From Anaeromyxobacteraceae bacterium (lineage in GTDB: Bacteria > Myxococcota > Myxococcia > Myxococcales > Anaeromyxobacteraceae), in assembly GCA_032654565.1 (NCBI GenBank), contig JAULAX010000015.1, forward strand, positions 864,001-928,000: a DNA stretch of 64,000 nucleotides, given 5' to 3'. The position numbers and the translations under genes were made by a program. Position 1 is the stretch's first letter. The number at the start of each line of letters is the position of its first letter. Positions 41,007 to 51,156 of this stretch are shown here, piece after piece. Below the pieces are notes generated by a model. The model saw only the letters and a list, made by a program, of their open reading frames with translations. It was not told where the DNA came from and did no database searches.

Positions 41007-41921
41007 TCATACCTCGCCGGCCTCGAACTGGCCGAGCGGCCGCACCTCGGTCTCGAGGAGCACCCCGCAGCGCTCCTCGACCCGGGCCCGGGCCAGCCGC
41101 ACCAGCGCCAGCACGTCGCGCGCCGTGGCCGTCCCCAGGTTGACGATGAAGTTGGCGTGGACGTCGCTGAACATGGCCCCGCCGATGCGGTGCCCCTTCA
41201 GCCCCACGGACTCGATGAGCTGGCCGGCGTACCGGCCGGGCGGGTTCCAGAAGGTGGAGCCGAAGCTGGGCTGGTGGAGCGGCTGGGTGCGGCGCCGCTG
41301 GGCCACGTCGGCCTCCATGGCGGCGCGGCTGGCGGCCACGTCGCCGCGGTGGAGCCGGAGCTCGACGCGGGTCACCACGGCGCCGGGCGGCAGCGCGCAG
41401 GTGCGGTAGGCGAGCTCGAGCGCCGCCGCCGGCACCAGCCCCAGCCCGTCGGCGGTGGCCAGCTCGACCCGGGTGAGCAGGCCGCTCATCTCGCCGAGGC
41501 GGGTGCCGGCGTTCATGGCGGTGGCCCCGCCCAGGGTGCCGGGGATGCCGGCGGTGAACTCCGCCCCCACCAGCCCCAGGGCGTGGGCGCGGGAGGCCAG
41601 CCGGGCGATGGGGGCGCCGGCCGAGAGCAGCAGCGTCTCGCCCTCGGCGCGCTCCTCGCCGAAGTCGGCGGGGAGCCGGACCACCACGCCGCGGACCCCG
41701 GCGTCGGCCACCAGGGTGTTGGCCCCCCCGCCCAGCACCGCCAGCGGCACCTGCAGCGCGGCGGCGGCGGACAGCAGCGCCACCAGGTCGGCCGGATCGG
41801 CGGGGCGGACCAGCAGGTCGGCGGGGCCGCCCACCCGGATCGAGGTGCGCGGCGCCAGCGGCTCGTCGGCCCGGCACTCCCCCCGCACCCGGCGGGCGAT
41901 CTCGCCGCGCCAGCCCTCCAT
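41007..41921 (-). CDS. murB: UDP-N-acetylenolpyruvoylglucosamine reductase
   Basis: T..RVGGPAD, GIPGTLGGA..MNAG, QP...PSFGSTF.NP, HANFIVN. Confidence 0.96.
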   Translation of the reverse strand: MEGWRGEIARRVRGECRADEPLAPRTSIRVGGPADLLVRPADPADLVALLSAAAALQVPLAVLGGGANTLVADAGVRGVVVRLPADFGEERAEGETLLLSAGAPIARLASRAHALGLVGAEFTAGIPGTLGGATAMNAGTRLGEMSGLLTRVELATADGLGLVPAAALELAYRTCALPPGAVVTRVELRLHRGDVAASRAAMEADVAQRRRTQPLHQPSFGSTFWNPPGRYAGQLIESVGLKGHRIGGAMFSDVHANFIVNLGTATARDVLALVRLARARVEERCGVLLETEVRPLGQFEAGEV

Positions 41922-43297
41922 CAGGCGCCCAGCAGCCCGAGCAGCTCGGGGCCGACCTGGGTGACGTCGCCGGCCCCCAGGGTGATGACGATGTCACCGG
42001 GCTGCAGGCGGGCCCGGGCGGCGGCGGCCAGGCCGGCCCGCGGCAGGTAGTGGGCGTCGCGGTGGCCGCAGCCGCGCACCGCCTCGACCAGCCCCTCGGC
42101 GGTCACCCCCGGCAGCGGCGGCTCGCCGGCCGCGTAGATGTCGGTGAGCAGCACCACGTCGGCGTCGTTGAAGGCGGTGGCGAACTCGTCGTGCAGGTCG
42201 CGGGTGCGGGTGTAGCGGTGGGGCTGGAAGACGCAGACCACCCGCCGGCCGAAGGCCTCGCGGGCGCCGCGCAGCGTGGCCCGCACCTCGGCGGGGTGGT
42301 GGCCGTAGTCGTCGACCACGGTGACGCCGCCGGCCTCGCCACGGACCGTGAAGCGCCGCTGCACCCCCTGGAAGGCCTTGAAGGCGGCCCGGGTGGTGTC
42401 GGGGTCGATGCCCAGCTCGTCGGCCAGGGCCACCACCGCCAGGGCGTTGAGGGCGTTGTGGCGCCCCACCATGGCCATCTCGAAGCGCCCCAGCGGCTGG
42501 CCGCGCCGCGAGGCGTCGAAGTGGACGGCGTGGCCGGAGACCTCGATGCGCTCGGCCCGGAAGTCGGCCTGGTGGCTCTCGCCGTAGGTGACGTAGCGCT
42601 TGCCCACCTCGGGCAGCAGCCCCTGCACGGTGGGGTGGTCGATGCAGAGGATGGCCAGGCCGTAGAAGGGGACCCGGTTGATGAAGGAGATGAAGCCCTG
42701 GCGCAGCGCCTCCTCGGTCTTCCAGTGGTCGAGGTGCTCGGGATCGATGTTGGTGACCACGGCGATGGTGGGCGGGATGTGCAGGAAGGAGCCGTCCGAC
42801 TCGTCGGCCTCCACCACCATGTACTCGCCCTTGCCCAGCTTGGCGTTGGAGCCGAAGGCGTTGACCTTGCCGCCCACCACCGCGGTGGGGTCGAGCCCGG
42901 CGAAGGCCAGCAGGTGCGCGGCCATCGAGGTGGTGGTGGTCTTGCCGTGGGAGCCGGCGATGGCGATGCCCTGCTTGAGCCGCATCAGCTCGGCCAGCAT
43001 CTCGGCGCGGGGGATGACCGGGATCTTCCGGGCCCGGGCCTCGACCAGCTCGGGGTTGTCGCGGTGGACCGCCGAGGAGATCACCACCACGTCGGCGTCC
43101 CCGACGTGGGCGGCGGCGTGCCCCACCTCGATCCGCCCCCCCAGCCCGGCCAGGCGGCGGGTGATCTCGCTGGCCTTCAGGTCGGAGCCGGACACGGCAT
43201 AGCCGAGGTTGAGGAGCACCTCGGCGATGCCGCTCATGCCGATGCCGCCGATGCCGACGAAGTGGATGCGGGCGTGGCGCGAGCGGAACAGGGTCAT
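41921..43297 (-). CDS. murC: UDP-N-acetylmuramate--L-alanine ligase
   Basis: [52 protein letters not shown]. Confidence 0.98.
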   Translation of the reverse strand: MTLFRSRHARIHFVGIGGIGMSGIAEVLLNLGYAVSGSDLKASEITRRLAGLGGRIEVGHAAAHVGDADVVVISSAVHRDNPELVEARARKIPVIPRAEMLAELMRLKQGIAIAGSHGKTTTTSMAAHLLAFAGLDPTAVVGGKVNAFGSNAKLGKGEYMVVEADESDGSFLHIPPTIAVVTNIDPEHLDHWKTEEALRQGFISFINRVPFYGLAILCIDHPTVQGLLPEVGKRYVTYGESHQADFRAERIEVSGHAVHFDASRRGQPLGRFEMAMVGRHNALNALAVVALADELGIDPDTTRAAFKAFQGVQRRFTVRGEAGGVTVVDDYGHHPAEVRATLRGAREAFGRRVVCVFQPHRYTRTRDLHDEFATAFNDADVVLLTDIYAAGEPPLPGVTAEGLVEAVRGCGHRDAHYLPRAGLAAAARARLQPGDIVITLGAGDVTQVGPELLGLLGA

Positions 43298-43304
43298 GGG
43301 CTCC

Positions 43305-44462
43305 TCAGGTGCGGGGCGAGGCGCCGCCGGGGCGGACCGGCGTGAACCCGGGGCCGCGGTCCTGGCCGAAGCGGGAGCCCCAGCGGCGCTCGCTCAGGCC
43401 GGCGCAGAAGTCGGCGATCTCGCTGGCGGCGGCCGGGCTGCCCAGCCGGCCGGCGGCCCGGGCCATGGCCTGGCGCCGCTCCGGGTGGGCGAGGATGGCG
43501 CGGATCTCCGAGGCCAGCAGCTCCCCGGTCAGGTCGCGCTCCTCGATCATCACCGCGGCGCCGGCGTTGAGCAGGCTGGTGGCGTTGATCACCTGGTGGT
43601 TGTCGGCGGCGGCGGCGAAGGGGACCAGGATGGAGGGCTTGCGGCAGACGGTCAGCTCGGCCAGCGTGGTGGCCCCGGCCCGGCAGACCACCAGGTCGGC
43701 GGCGGTGTAGGCGCTGCTCATGTCCTCGATGAAGTCGCGCACCTCGGCGTCGAAGCCCACCGCCCGGTAGCCGCGCTCCACCGCCTCGCGGTCGCGGGCG
43801 CCGGTCTGGTGGACGATGCGCAGGCGGCCGCGCAGGTCGGCGAGGTGGGGCATGGCCTCGATGACCCGCATGTTGAGGGCGTGGGCCCCTTGGGAGCCGC
43901 CGAAGACCAGCAGCCCGGGCACGTCGTCCTCGCGGCCGGGTCGCATGAAGTTCTCCAGCAGCTGGCGGCGGATGGGGTTGCCCAGCTGGATGGCCTTGCC
44001 GGCCGGGAAGCAGGCGGCGGTCTCCGGGAAGGCGGTGAAGGCGGCGTCGACCACCAGGCCGAGCACCCGGTTGGTGAAGCCGGCCACGGCGTTCTGCTCC
44101 TGCACCGCGGTGGGGATGCGCAGCAGCCAGGCGGCCAGCACCAGCGGGCCGGAGGCGTAGCCACCCACCCCGACCACCACGTCGGGCCGCCAGCGGCGCA
44201 GGATGCGCAGCGACTGCAGGAAGGCCACCGGGAGCAGCAGCAGGTTGCGCAGCACGTCGAGGCGGCGCTTGCCCTTCAGCCCGCGCACCTCGATGAGCTC
44301 GATGGGGAAGCCGGCGGCCGGGACCACGGTGGCCTCCAGGCCGCGCGCCGTGCCCACGAAGACGGCGTCGTTGCCGGGGTGGCGGGTCACCACCTCCTCG
44401 GCCAGGGCCAGGGCCGGGAAGACGTGCCCGCCGGTGCCGCCGCCCGCCACCAGGATCCTCAC
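43305..44462 (-). CDS. murG: Lipid II GlcNAc transferase MurG
   Basis: [40 protein letters not shown]. Confidence 0.97.
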   Translation of the reverse strand: MRILVAGGGTGGHVFPALALAEEVVTRHPGNDAVFVGTARGLEATVVPAAGFPIELIEVRGLKGKRRLDVLRNLLLLPVAFLQSLRILRRWRPDVVVGVGGYASGPLVLAAWLLRIPTAVQEQNAVAGFTNRVLGLVVDAAFTAFPETAACFPAGKAIQLGNPIRRQLLENFMRPGREDDVPGLLVFGGSQGAHALNMRVIEAMPHLADLRGRLRIVHQTGARDREAVERGYRAVGFDAEVRDFIEDMSSAYTAADLVVCRAGATTLAELTVCRKPSILVPFAAAADNHQVINATSLLNAGAAVMIEERDLTGELLASEIRAILAHPERRQAMARAAGRLGSPAAASEIADFCAGLSERRWGSRFGQDRGPGFTPVRPGGASPRT

Positions 44463-45640
44463 GCCGCCCCCTCGGCGCCCAGGGCCGGCGCCACCCGCAC
44501 CGCCTGCGCGCCCTGGCGGAGGAAGCCGCCGCGGTCGCCGGAGATGGAGAGCAGGATGCCGGCGGCCGCCAGCAGCGTCATCAGCGAGCTGCCGCCGTAG
44601 GAGACGAAGGGGAGGGTCAGCCCCTTGGTGGGGACCAGGCCGAAGACCACCGCCAGGTTGAGCAGCGCCTGGCCGCCGAACAGGGTGGTGAGGCCGAGCG
44701 CGGCGTAGGCCCCGAAGGGCTCGCCGGCGCGCAGGGCGGCCCGCAGGCCGCGCCAGATCACCAGGGCGTAGAGCAGGATCAGCACCCCGATCCCCAGCAG
44801 CCCCGCCTCCTCGGCGATCACCGCGGCGATGAAGTCGGTGTGGGCCGCCGGCAGGTAGAAGAGCTTGCCCTTCCCCTGGCCCAGCCCCTGGCCGATCCAG
44901 CCGCCGTTGCCGATGCCGAGCAGCGACTCCACCAGCTGGAAGCCGGCCCCCTCGCGGTGGCCCCAGGGATCGAGGTAGGCCAGCCAGCGCTCCATGCGGT
45001 AGGGGGTGCCGGCGATGAGCCGCCAGCCGACCGGGATGGCCAGCAGCGCCCCGCCCACCAGGTAGGAGATGCGGGCCCCGGCGGCGAAGAGCATGGTGAA
45101 GAGCACCATCACCATGATCACCCCGGTGCCCATGTCGCGCTCCAGCAGGCAGAGCCCCACCAGCACCCCGGTCACCAGCACGTGGGGGAGGAAGCCGATG
45201 GAGAAGAGCCGCACCTTCTCGCGCTGCCGGGCCAGCGAGCGGGCCAGGTAGAGGACCAGCGCCACCTTGGCCAGCTCGGCCGGCTGGAAGTTGACGATGC
45301 CGATGGGGATCCAGCGGCGGGCCCCGCCGGCCATGCGGCCGACGCCGGGGATGAGCACCAGCACCAGCAGCACCAGGGTGAGGATGAGCAGCGGGTAGGC
45401 GAGGCGGCCGAGCCGCCGGTAGCCGACCCGCAGCGCCAGGATCATCAGCCCGACGCCGATGGCGAAGGCCACCGCCTGGCGGGTGAGGAAGTAGAACTCG
45501 TCGTGGAGGTTGCGGGTGGCGGTGATGGCGCTGGCCGAGTAGACCATCACCGCGCCGCCGGCCGTCAGCACCAGGATGCCGAAGAGCAGCAGCCAGTCGA
45601 AGGGCGGCGAGCGCCGGATCGAGGCGGTGTCATCGCTCAC
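44459..45640 (-). CDS. ftsW: SEDS peptidoglycan glycosyltransferase FtsW
   Basis: GTG start overlapping murD stop; MVYSAS, GARRWI, FQPAELAK, LPAAHTDFI, PTKGLTLPFVSYGGSS. Confidence 0.96.
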   Translation of the reverse strand: MSDDTASIRRSPPFDWLLLFGILVLTAGGAVMVYSASAITATRNLHDEFYFLTRQAVAFAIGVGLMILALRVGYRRLGRLAYPLLILTLVLLVLVLIPGVGRMAGGARRWIPIGIVNFQPAELAKVALVLYLARSLARQREKVRLFSIGFLPHVLVTGVLVGLCLLERDMGTGVIMVMVLFTMLFAAGARISYLVGGALLAIPVGWRLIAGTPYRMERWLAYLDPWGHREGAGFQLVESLLGIGNGGWIGQGLGQGKGKLFYLPAAHTDFIAAVIAEEAGLLGIGVLILLYALVIWRGLRAALRAGEPFGAYAALGLTTLFGGQALLNLAVVFGLVPTKGLTLPFVSYGGSSLMTLLAAAGILLSISGDRGGFLRQGAQAVRVAPALGAEGAA

Positions 45641-47019
45641 GCCAGCGCCCCCACCAGCTGCCGGAAGCGCTCGCCGCGCTCCTCGTACCCCTGGAACTGG
45701 TCGTAGCTGGCGCAGGAGGGCGAGAGCAGCACCACGTCGCCGGGGCCGACCAGGGCCGCGGCGCGCTTCACCGCCTCGGCCAGGGTGCCGCAGCTCTCGG
45801 TGGCGGCGGCGTCGCCCAGCGCCGCCTCGATGGCCGGGGCGTCCTCCCCGACGGTGAGCAGCGCCTTGACCCGGCCGGCGAAGAGCGGCCGCAGCGGCGC
45901 GTAGGGGGCGTGCTTGCCGCGCCCCCCGAGGATCAGCACCACCCGCGGGACGCCCGCCGGGAAGGCGGCCAGGGCCACGCTGGTGGAGTCGACGTTGGTG
46001 GCCTTGGAGTCGTTGATCCACTCGACGCCGCCACGCTCGCGCACCAGCTCGAGCCGGTGGGGGAGGCCGGTGAAGTGGTCGAGGCCGCGCTGCACCGCGG
46101 CGCCGGGGACGCCCAGCAGCCGGGCGCAGACCAGCGCCGCCATGGCGTTCTCCAGGTTGTGCCGACCGCGCAGCGCCTTGTTGGCCAGCCGGTAGCGCTC
46201 CGGGGAGCCGGCGGCGTAGCGGTAGAACCAGAGCTCGCCGCTGCCGTCCTCGGGCGCCCGGGCGGCGGCGCGGGCCGGCGGGCCGAAGCCGAAGGTGTAG
46301 AGGGCGGCGCGGGAGGCGGCGGCCATGGCCATGGCCCGCTCGTCGCGCAGGTTGGCGACGGTGAAGTCGCCGGGCTGCTGGGTCTCGAAGAGCCGGGCCT
46401 TGGCGGCGGCGTAGGCGTCGAGGCCGTCGTAGCGATCGAGGTGGTCGGGGGTGACGTTGAGGATGGCGGCCACCCGGGCCCGCAGCCGCTCGATCCCCTC
46501 CAGCTGGAAGGAGGAGAGCTCGGCCACCACCACGTCGGCCGGCTGGCCGGAGAGGACGTGCTCGCAGAGCGGGGTGCCGAGGTTGCCGCCCACGAAGGTG
46601 CGCCGGTCCTCGGAGAAGAGGGCGCCGGCCAGGGCGGTGGTGGTCGACTTGCCGTTGGTCCCGGTGACCGCCACCAGCGGCGTCTGGCCCAGGAAGCGGG
46701 CGGCCAGCTCGACCTCGGCCCAGATGGGCACGCCGGCGGCGCGAGCCGCCTTGAGCTGCGGCGTCGACATGGGGACGCCCGGGGAGACCACCACCAGGTC
46801 GGCGGCGGTGAAGTCGCGCCCGTCGTGGCCGCCCAGCATGCGCCGCAGCGGCAGCACCTCGAGCGCCTCCAGCGCCGGCCCCAGGGCCGCCGCCGGGCGC
46901 GAGTCGGTGACCGTCACCGAGGCCCCCTCGCGGACGCAGAGCCGGGCGGCGGCGATGCCGCTGCGCGCCAGGCCCACCACGGTGATCTTGCGGCCTCGGA
47001 GGCTGGGAGGAGTCGACAC
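45637..47019 (-). CDS. murD: UDP-MurNAc-L-Ala--D-Glu ligase
   Basis: VTGTNGKSTTT, GGNLG.P, ELSSFQLE, DHLDRY, NDSKATN, LSPSCASYDQF. Confidence 0.97.
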   Translation of the reverse strand: MSTPPSLRGRKITVVGLARSGIAAARLCVREGASVTVTDSRPAAALGPALEALEVLPLRRMLGGHDGRDFTAADLVVVSPGVPMSTPQLKAARAAGVPIWAEVELAARFLGQTPLVAVTGTNGKSTTTALAGALFSEDRRTFVGGNLGTPLCEHVLSGQPADVVVAELSSFQLEGIERLRARVAAILNVTPDHLDRYDGLDAYAAAKARLFETQQPGDFTVANLRDERAMAMAAASRAALYTFGFGPPARAAARAPEDGSGELWFYRYAAGSPERYRLANKALRGRHNLENAMAALVCARLLGVPGAAVQRGLDHFTGLPHRLELVRERGGVEWINDSKATNVDSTSVALAAFPAGVPRVVLILGGRGKHAPYAPLRPLFAGRVKALLTVGEDAPAIEAALGDAAATESCGTLAEAVKRAAALVGPGDVVLLSPSCASYDQFQGYEERGERFRQLVGALA

Positions 47020-47022
47020 GGG

Positions 47023-48165
47023 TTACCTCAGCTTGATCGACATCAGCGCCACCAGGGCCAGCATGACGGAGACGATCCAGAAGCGGACGATGATCTTGGG
47101 CTCGGCCCACCCCTTCAGCTCGAAGTGGTGGTGGACCGGGGCCATGCGGAAGACGCGCCGTCCGGTGTACTTGAAGCTGGCCACCTGGATGATGACGCTG
47201 ACGGTCTCGGCGAGGAAGACCCCGTGGAGGATGGCGCTGGCCACCTCGTTCTTGGTCAGCACCGCGAGCATGCCGAGGCCGCCGCCCAGCGCCAGCGAGC
47301 CGACGTCACCCATGAAGACCTGGGCCGGGTAGGTGTTGAACCAGAGGAAGGCCACGCCGGCGCCGAACATGGCGGCGCAGAAGACCCCCAGCTCCTCGGC
47401 CCCGGGGATGGAGACGATGCGCAGGTACTCGGCGAGGCTGAAGCCGGCGATGGTGGAGCCGGCCACGTAGCTGAGCGCCAGGAAGGTCATCGCCGAGATG
47501 ACGGTGGGGAAGATGGCCAGCCCGTCCAGCCCGTCGGTGAGGTTGACGGCGTTGGAGGTGGCCACCACCACGAAGACCATGAACGGCAGGTAGAGCCAGC
47601 CCAGGTCGGGGTTGAAGAGGCGGGTGGGGATGAAGGGCAGGGTCAGGTGGGTGTCGATGCGGCTGCCCACGAAGAGCCAGGGGAAGCGGGGGTCGGCGTG
47701 GAAGTGCAGGTCGGTGAGCAGGCCGTAGTAGACGGCCAGCACCACCAGCACCTGGAAGAGCAGCTTCCTGCGGCCGGCCAGCCCCTTGGAGTCGCGCTTG
47801 GAGATCTTGAGCCAGTCGTCGGCGAAGCCGATGACGCCGTAGCCGAGGGTCACCAGCAGGGCCGCCCAGACCAGCCGGTTCTCCAGCTGCCCCCAGAGCA
47901 GCGTCGAGGCCACCAGGGAGAGGAGGATGAGGGCGCCGCCCATCGACGGGGTGCCGGACTTCTTCTGGTGGCTGTCCGGGGTGTCCTCGCGGACGTTGCT
48001 GGCGCCGTACTGGAGCCGGCGCATCCGCTCGATGAAGGCCGGGCCGAGGAGGAGGCCGATGACCATGGCGGTGAGGCCGGCCGCCACGATCCGGAAGGAC
48101 GGGTAGCGCAGGACGTTGAGGAAGCCGACCTTGGCCGAGAGCGGGTAGAGGAAGTAGTAGAGCAT
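47023..48165 (-). CDS. mraY: Phospho-N-acetylmuramoyl-pentapeptide transferase
   Basis: KSGTPSMGG, GFADD, NAVNLTDGLDGL, FMGDVGSL, MAPVHHHFE. Confidence 0.98.
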   Translation of the reverse strand: MLYYFLYPLSAKVGFLNVLRYPSFRIVAAGLTAMVIGLLLGPAFIERMRRLQYGASNVREDTPDSHQKKSGTPSMGGALILLSLVASTLLWGQLENRLVWAALLVTLGYGVIGFADDWLKISKRDSKGLAGRRKLLFQVLVVLAVYYGLLTDLHFHADPRFPWLFVGSRIDTHLTLPFIPTRLFNPDLGWLYLPFMVFVVVATSNAVNLTDGLDGLAIFPTVISAMTFLALSYVAGSTIAGFSLAEYLRIVSIPGAEELGVFCAAMFGAGVAFLWFNTYPAQVFMGDVGSLALGGGLGMLAVLTKNEVASAILHGVFLAETVSVIIQVASFKYTGRRVFRMAPVHHHFELKGWAEPKIIVRFWIVSVMLALVALMSIKLR

Positions 48166-49560
48166 TCAGTCCTGCCGCAAGGCCTCGACCAGCCGCTCCA
48201 GGCGCATGCCGCGGCTGGCCTTGACGAGGAGGACGTCGCCGGGCGCGGCGGCGTCGCGCACCGCGGCGGCCAGCGCCGCCGGGTCCTCGGTGTGGAAGGT
48301 CCGCTCCGGCGCCAGCCCGGCCGCCACCGCCCCGGCCAGGATCTCCCGCGCGCGCGGCCCGAAGCCGAAGAGCCGGGCCACCGGGACCGCGGCCGCCGCC
48401 GCCCCCACCTGGCGGTGCAGCGCCGCCTCGCCGGGCCCCAGCTCCAGCATGTCGCCGAGGGCGGCCAGGGGGCGCCCGCGCTCGGCGCCGGCCAGGTCGG
48501 CCAGGGCACGGAGCGCCGCCTCCATGGAGAGCGGGTTGGCGTTGTAGCAGTCGTCGACCAGCAGCAGGCCGCGCGGCAGCCGCGAGAGGAGCAGCCGCCG
48601 CCCCACCGGCTTCACCCCGGCCAGGCCGCGGACGATCTCCCGGTCGCTGCAGCCCAGGGCGATGGCGGCGCAGGCCGCCGCCGCGGCGTTCTGGGCGTTG
48701 TGGGCGCCGACCAGCGGCAGCGTCACCTCCAGCTCGCGGTTGCCGATGCCGAGCAGGAAGCGCATCCCGGTGGCGTCCTGGGCCAGCACCTCCAGCACCG
48801 CCACGTCGCCGCGCCGCTGCCGCCCCACCGCGAAGGTGAGCAGGCGGCGGCCGGAGGCCCGGGCCCGGGCCAGCATGCGGGCGTCGTCGGCGTTGACCAC
48901 GGCGATGCCCCCCTCGGGCAGGCCGGCGTAGAGCTCGGCCTTGGCGTCGGCGACGCCGTCGATGGAGCCGAGCCCCTCGAGGTGGGCGGCGGCGGCGTTG
49001 GTCACCACCCCGACCTGCGGCTCGGCCAGGGCCGCGAGGCGGGCGATCTCGCCGGGGTGGCTCATCCCCATCTCGATCACCGCCGCCTGGTGCTGCGCGG
49101 AGAGGCGGAGCAGGGTGAGCGGCACCCCCACCTCGTTGTTGAGGTTCCCCTCCGAGCGGAGCACCGGCCCTCGCTCGGCGAGGATGGCGGCGATCATCTC
49201 GCGGGTGGTGGTCTTGCCGTTGGAGCCGGTGACGCCCACCACCGGCAGGGCGAAGCGGCGGCGGTGGTGGCGGGCCACGGCGCCCAGCGCCGCCAGGGTG
49301 TCGGCCACCCGCAGGCGCGGCAGGCCGGGAGGGGCGGCCACCTCGGCGGAGACCACCGCGGCGGCGGCCCCGGCGCCGGCCGCGGCGGGGAGGAAGGCGT
49401 GGGCGTCGAAGCGGTCGCCGCGCAGGGCCACGAAGAGCGAGCCGGCGGCGATGGTGCGGGTGTCGGTGGAGACGCCGGTCACCGGGCCCGGCGGGGCGTC
49501 GAGCCAGCGCCCGCCGGTGGCGGCGCTGAGCTCGTCGGCGGTGAAGCGCGGCGCGGTCAT
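48166..49560 (-). CDS. murF: UDP-MurNAc-tripeptide--D-Ala-D-Ala ligase
   Basis: VTGSNGKTTT, NNEVGVPLTL, EMGMSHPGEI, DCYNANP.SM, LGDMLELG, KASRGM. Confidence 0.97.
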   Translation of the reverse strand: MTAPRFTADELSAATGGRWLDAPPGPVTGVSTDTRTIAAGSLFVALRGDRFDAHAFLPAAAGAGAAAAVVSAEVAAPPGLPRLRVADTLAALGAVARHHRRRFALPVVGVTGSNGKTTTREMIAAILAERGPVLRSEGNLNNEVGVPLTLLRLSAQHQAAVIEMGMSHPGEIARLAALAEPQVGVVTNAAAAHLEGLGSIDGVADAKAELYAGLPEGGIAVVNADDARMLARARASGRRLLTFAVGRQRRGDVAVLEVLAQDATGMRFLLGIGNRELEVTLPLVGAHNAQNAAAAACAAIALGCSDREIVRGLAGVKPVGRRLLLSRLPRGLLLVDDCYNANPLSMEAALRALADLAGAERGRPLAALGDMLELGPGEAALHRQVGAAAAAVPVARLFGFGPRAREILAGAVAAGLAPERTFHTEDPAALAAAVRDAAAPGDVLLVKASRGMRLERLVEALRQD

Positions 49561-51050
49561 GCCAGGCCGAGGGCGCGCCTCGCCTCCTCGCGGTCGTCGA
49601 AGTGGCGGCGCTCGGCCCCCACCAGCTGGTAATCCTCGTGCCCCTTGCCGGCCACCAGCACGGCGTCGCCGGGGCGGGCGCAGGCCACCGCCAGCTCGAT
49701 GGCGGCGCGCCGGTCCGGCTCCACCACGTAGCCGGCCTCACCGGCCACCGCCTCGGCGGCGGTGCGGCGGGGCCGGCCGGCCTGGGCCAGCCCGGGCTCG
49801 ATCTCGGCGATGATCCGCAGCGGGTCCTCGCTGCGCGGGTTGTCGCTGGTGACGATGGCCAGGTCGGCGCCGCGCCCCGCCACCGCCCCCATCAGCGGCC
49901 GCTTGCCCCGGTCGCGGTCGCCGCCGCAGCCGAAGACCACCACCAGCCGGGGCGGCCCGAGCGCGCGCAGCGCCTCGACGGCGCGGGCCAGGGCGTCGTC
50001 GGTGTGGGCGTAGTCGACGAAGACGGCCAGGCCGCGGCCGTCGATCCGCTCGAGGCGCCCGGGGGCGCCGGGGCAGGCGGCCAGCCCGGCCTCCACCGCC
50101 GCCAGCGGCAGCCCGGCGGCCAGCGCCAGGCCGGCGGCGCAGAGCAGGTTCTCCAGGTTGTGGGCCCCCACCAGCGGCGAGCGCAGGGCCAGCGCGCCGC
50201 GCGGGGTCAGCACCGTGGCCTCGATGCCGGCCATGGTCAGCGCCGCCGGCTCGGCCCGCAGGTCGTCTTCACCGCGGGTGCCATAGCGCCAGGCGGTGCG
50301 GCCGGGGCCGAGCTGGTCGGCCAGCCGGGCGCCCCAGGGATCACGGGCGTTGATCACCGCCACGCCGCCGGGGGCCAGGTGCTCCACGAAGAGCCGCCGC
50401 TTGGCGGCGAAGTAGCCCTCCATGTCGCCGTGGTAGTCGAGGTGGTCGCGGGTGAGGTTGGTGAAGCCGGCGGCGGCGAAGCGCAGGCCGGCCACCCGCT
50501 CCTGGGCCAGGGCGTGGGAGGAGACCTCCATCACCACCAGCCGGGTGCCGGCGTCGCGCATCTCGCCGAGCAGCGCCTGCACCTCGGTCGACTCGGGCGT
50601 GGTGTGGGCGGCGGCCCGCTCGACGCCGGGGAAGCGGTGGGAGACCGTGCCCATGACGCCGGTGGGCAGGCCGGCGGCCCGGGCGCAGGCCTCGACCAGG
50701 TAGCTGACCGTGGTCTTGCCGTTGGTGCCGGTGACGCCGAGCAGCTGCATGGCGTCGCCGGGGCGGCCGTGGAAGTTGGCGGCGCAGAGCGCCATGGCCC
50801 GCCGCGCCGACGGTGCCAGCAGCAGCAGCGCCGGCGCGCACTCCACCGGCCGCTCGGCGATCACCGCCACCGCGCCACGTCGCGCCGCCTCGGCGGCGAA
50901 GGCGTGGCCGTCGGCGCGGGCGCCGGGGAGGGCGCAGAAGAGCGCGCCGGGGATCACCTGGCGCGAGTCGCCGGTGACGCGGGTGATCTCCGGGTCTTCG
51001 GAGCGCGCGCCGCGCGCGCCGGTGCCTGCGATGACGTCCGATATCCGCAT
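49557..51050 (-). CDS. murE: UDP-MurNAc-dipeptide--meso-DAP ligase
   Basis: VTGTNGKTT, TTPES, MEVSSHAL, DYAHT, GCGGDRD.GKR, DNPR (DAP-type), GKGHE. Confidence 0.97.
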   Translation of the reverse strand: MRISDVIAGTGARGARSEDPEITRVTGDSRQVIPGALFCALPGARADGHAFAAEAARRGAVAVIAERPVECAPALLLLAPSARRAMALCAANFHGRPGDAMQLLGVTGTNGKTTVSYLVEACARAAGLPTGVMGTVSHRFPGVERAAAHTTPESTEVQALLGEMRDAGTRLVVMEVSSHALAQERVAGLRFAAAGFTNLTRDHLDYHGDMEGYFAAKRRLFVEHLAPGGVAVINARDPWGARLADQLGPGRTAWRYGTRGEDDLRAEPAALTMAGIEATVLTPRGALALRSPLVGAHNLENLLCAAGLALAAGLPLAAVEAGLAACPGAPGRLERIDGRGLAVFVDYAHTDDALARAVEALRALGPPRLVVVFGCGGDRDRGKRPLMGAVAGRGADLAIVTSDNPRSEDPLRIIAEIEPGLAQAGRPRRTAAEAVAGEAGYVVEPDRRAAIELAVACARPGDAVLVAGKGHEDYQLVGAERRHFDDREEARRALGLA

Positions 51051-51156
51051 CGGTGCAAGGTTCTCACGCGCCGGGGTGCCCGGCCAATTTCCGGCGTCCA
51101 TGCGGGGGGTTGCGTGGCGTCGGTCCCGGCCGGGTGCGGCGACGGCGAAGTGTACG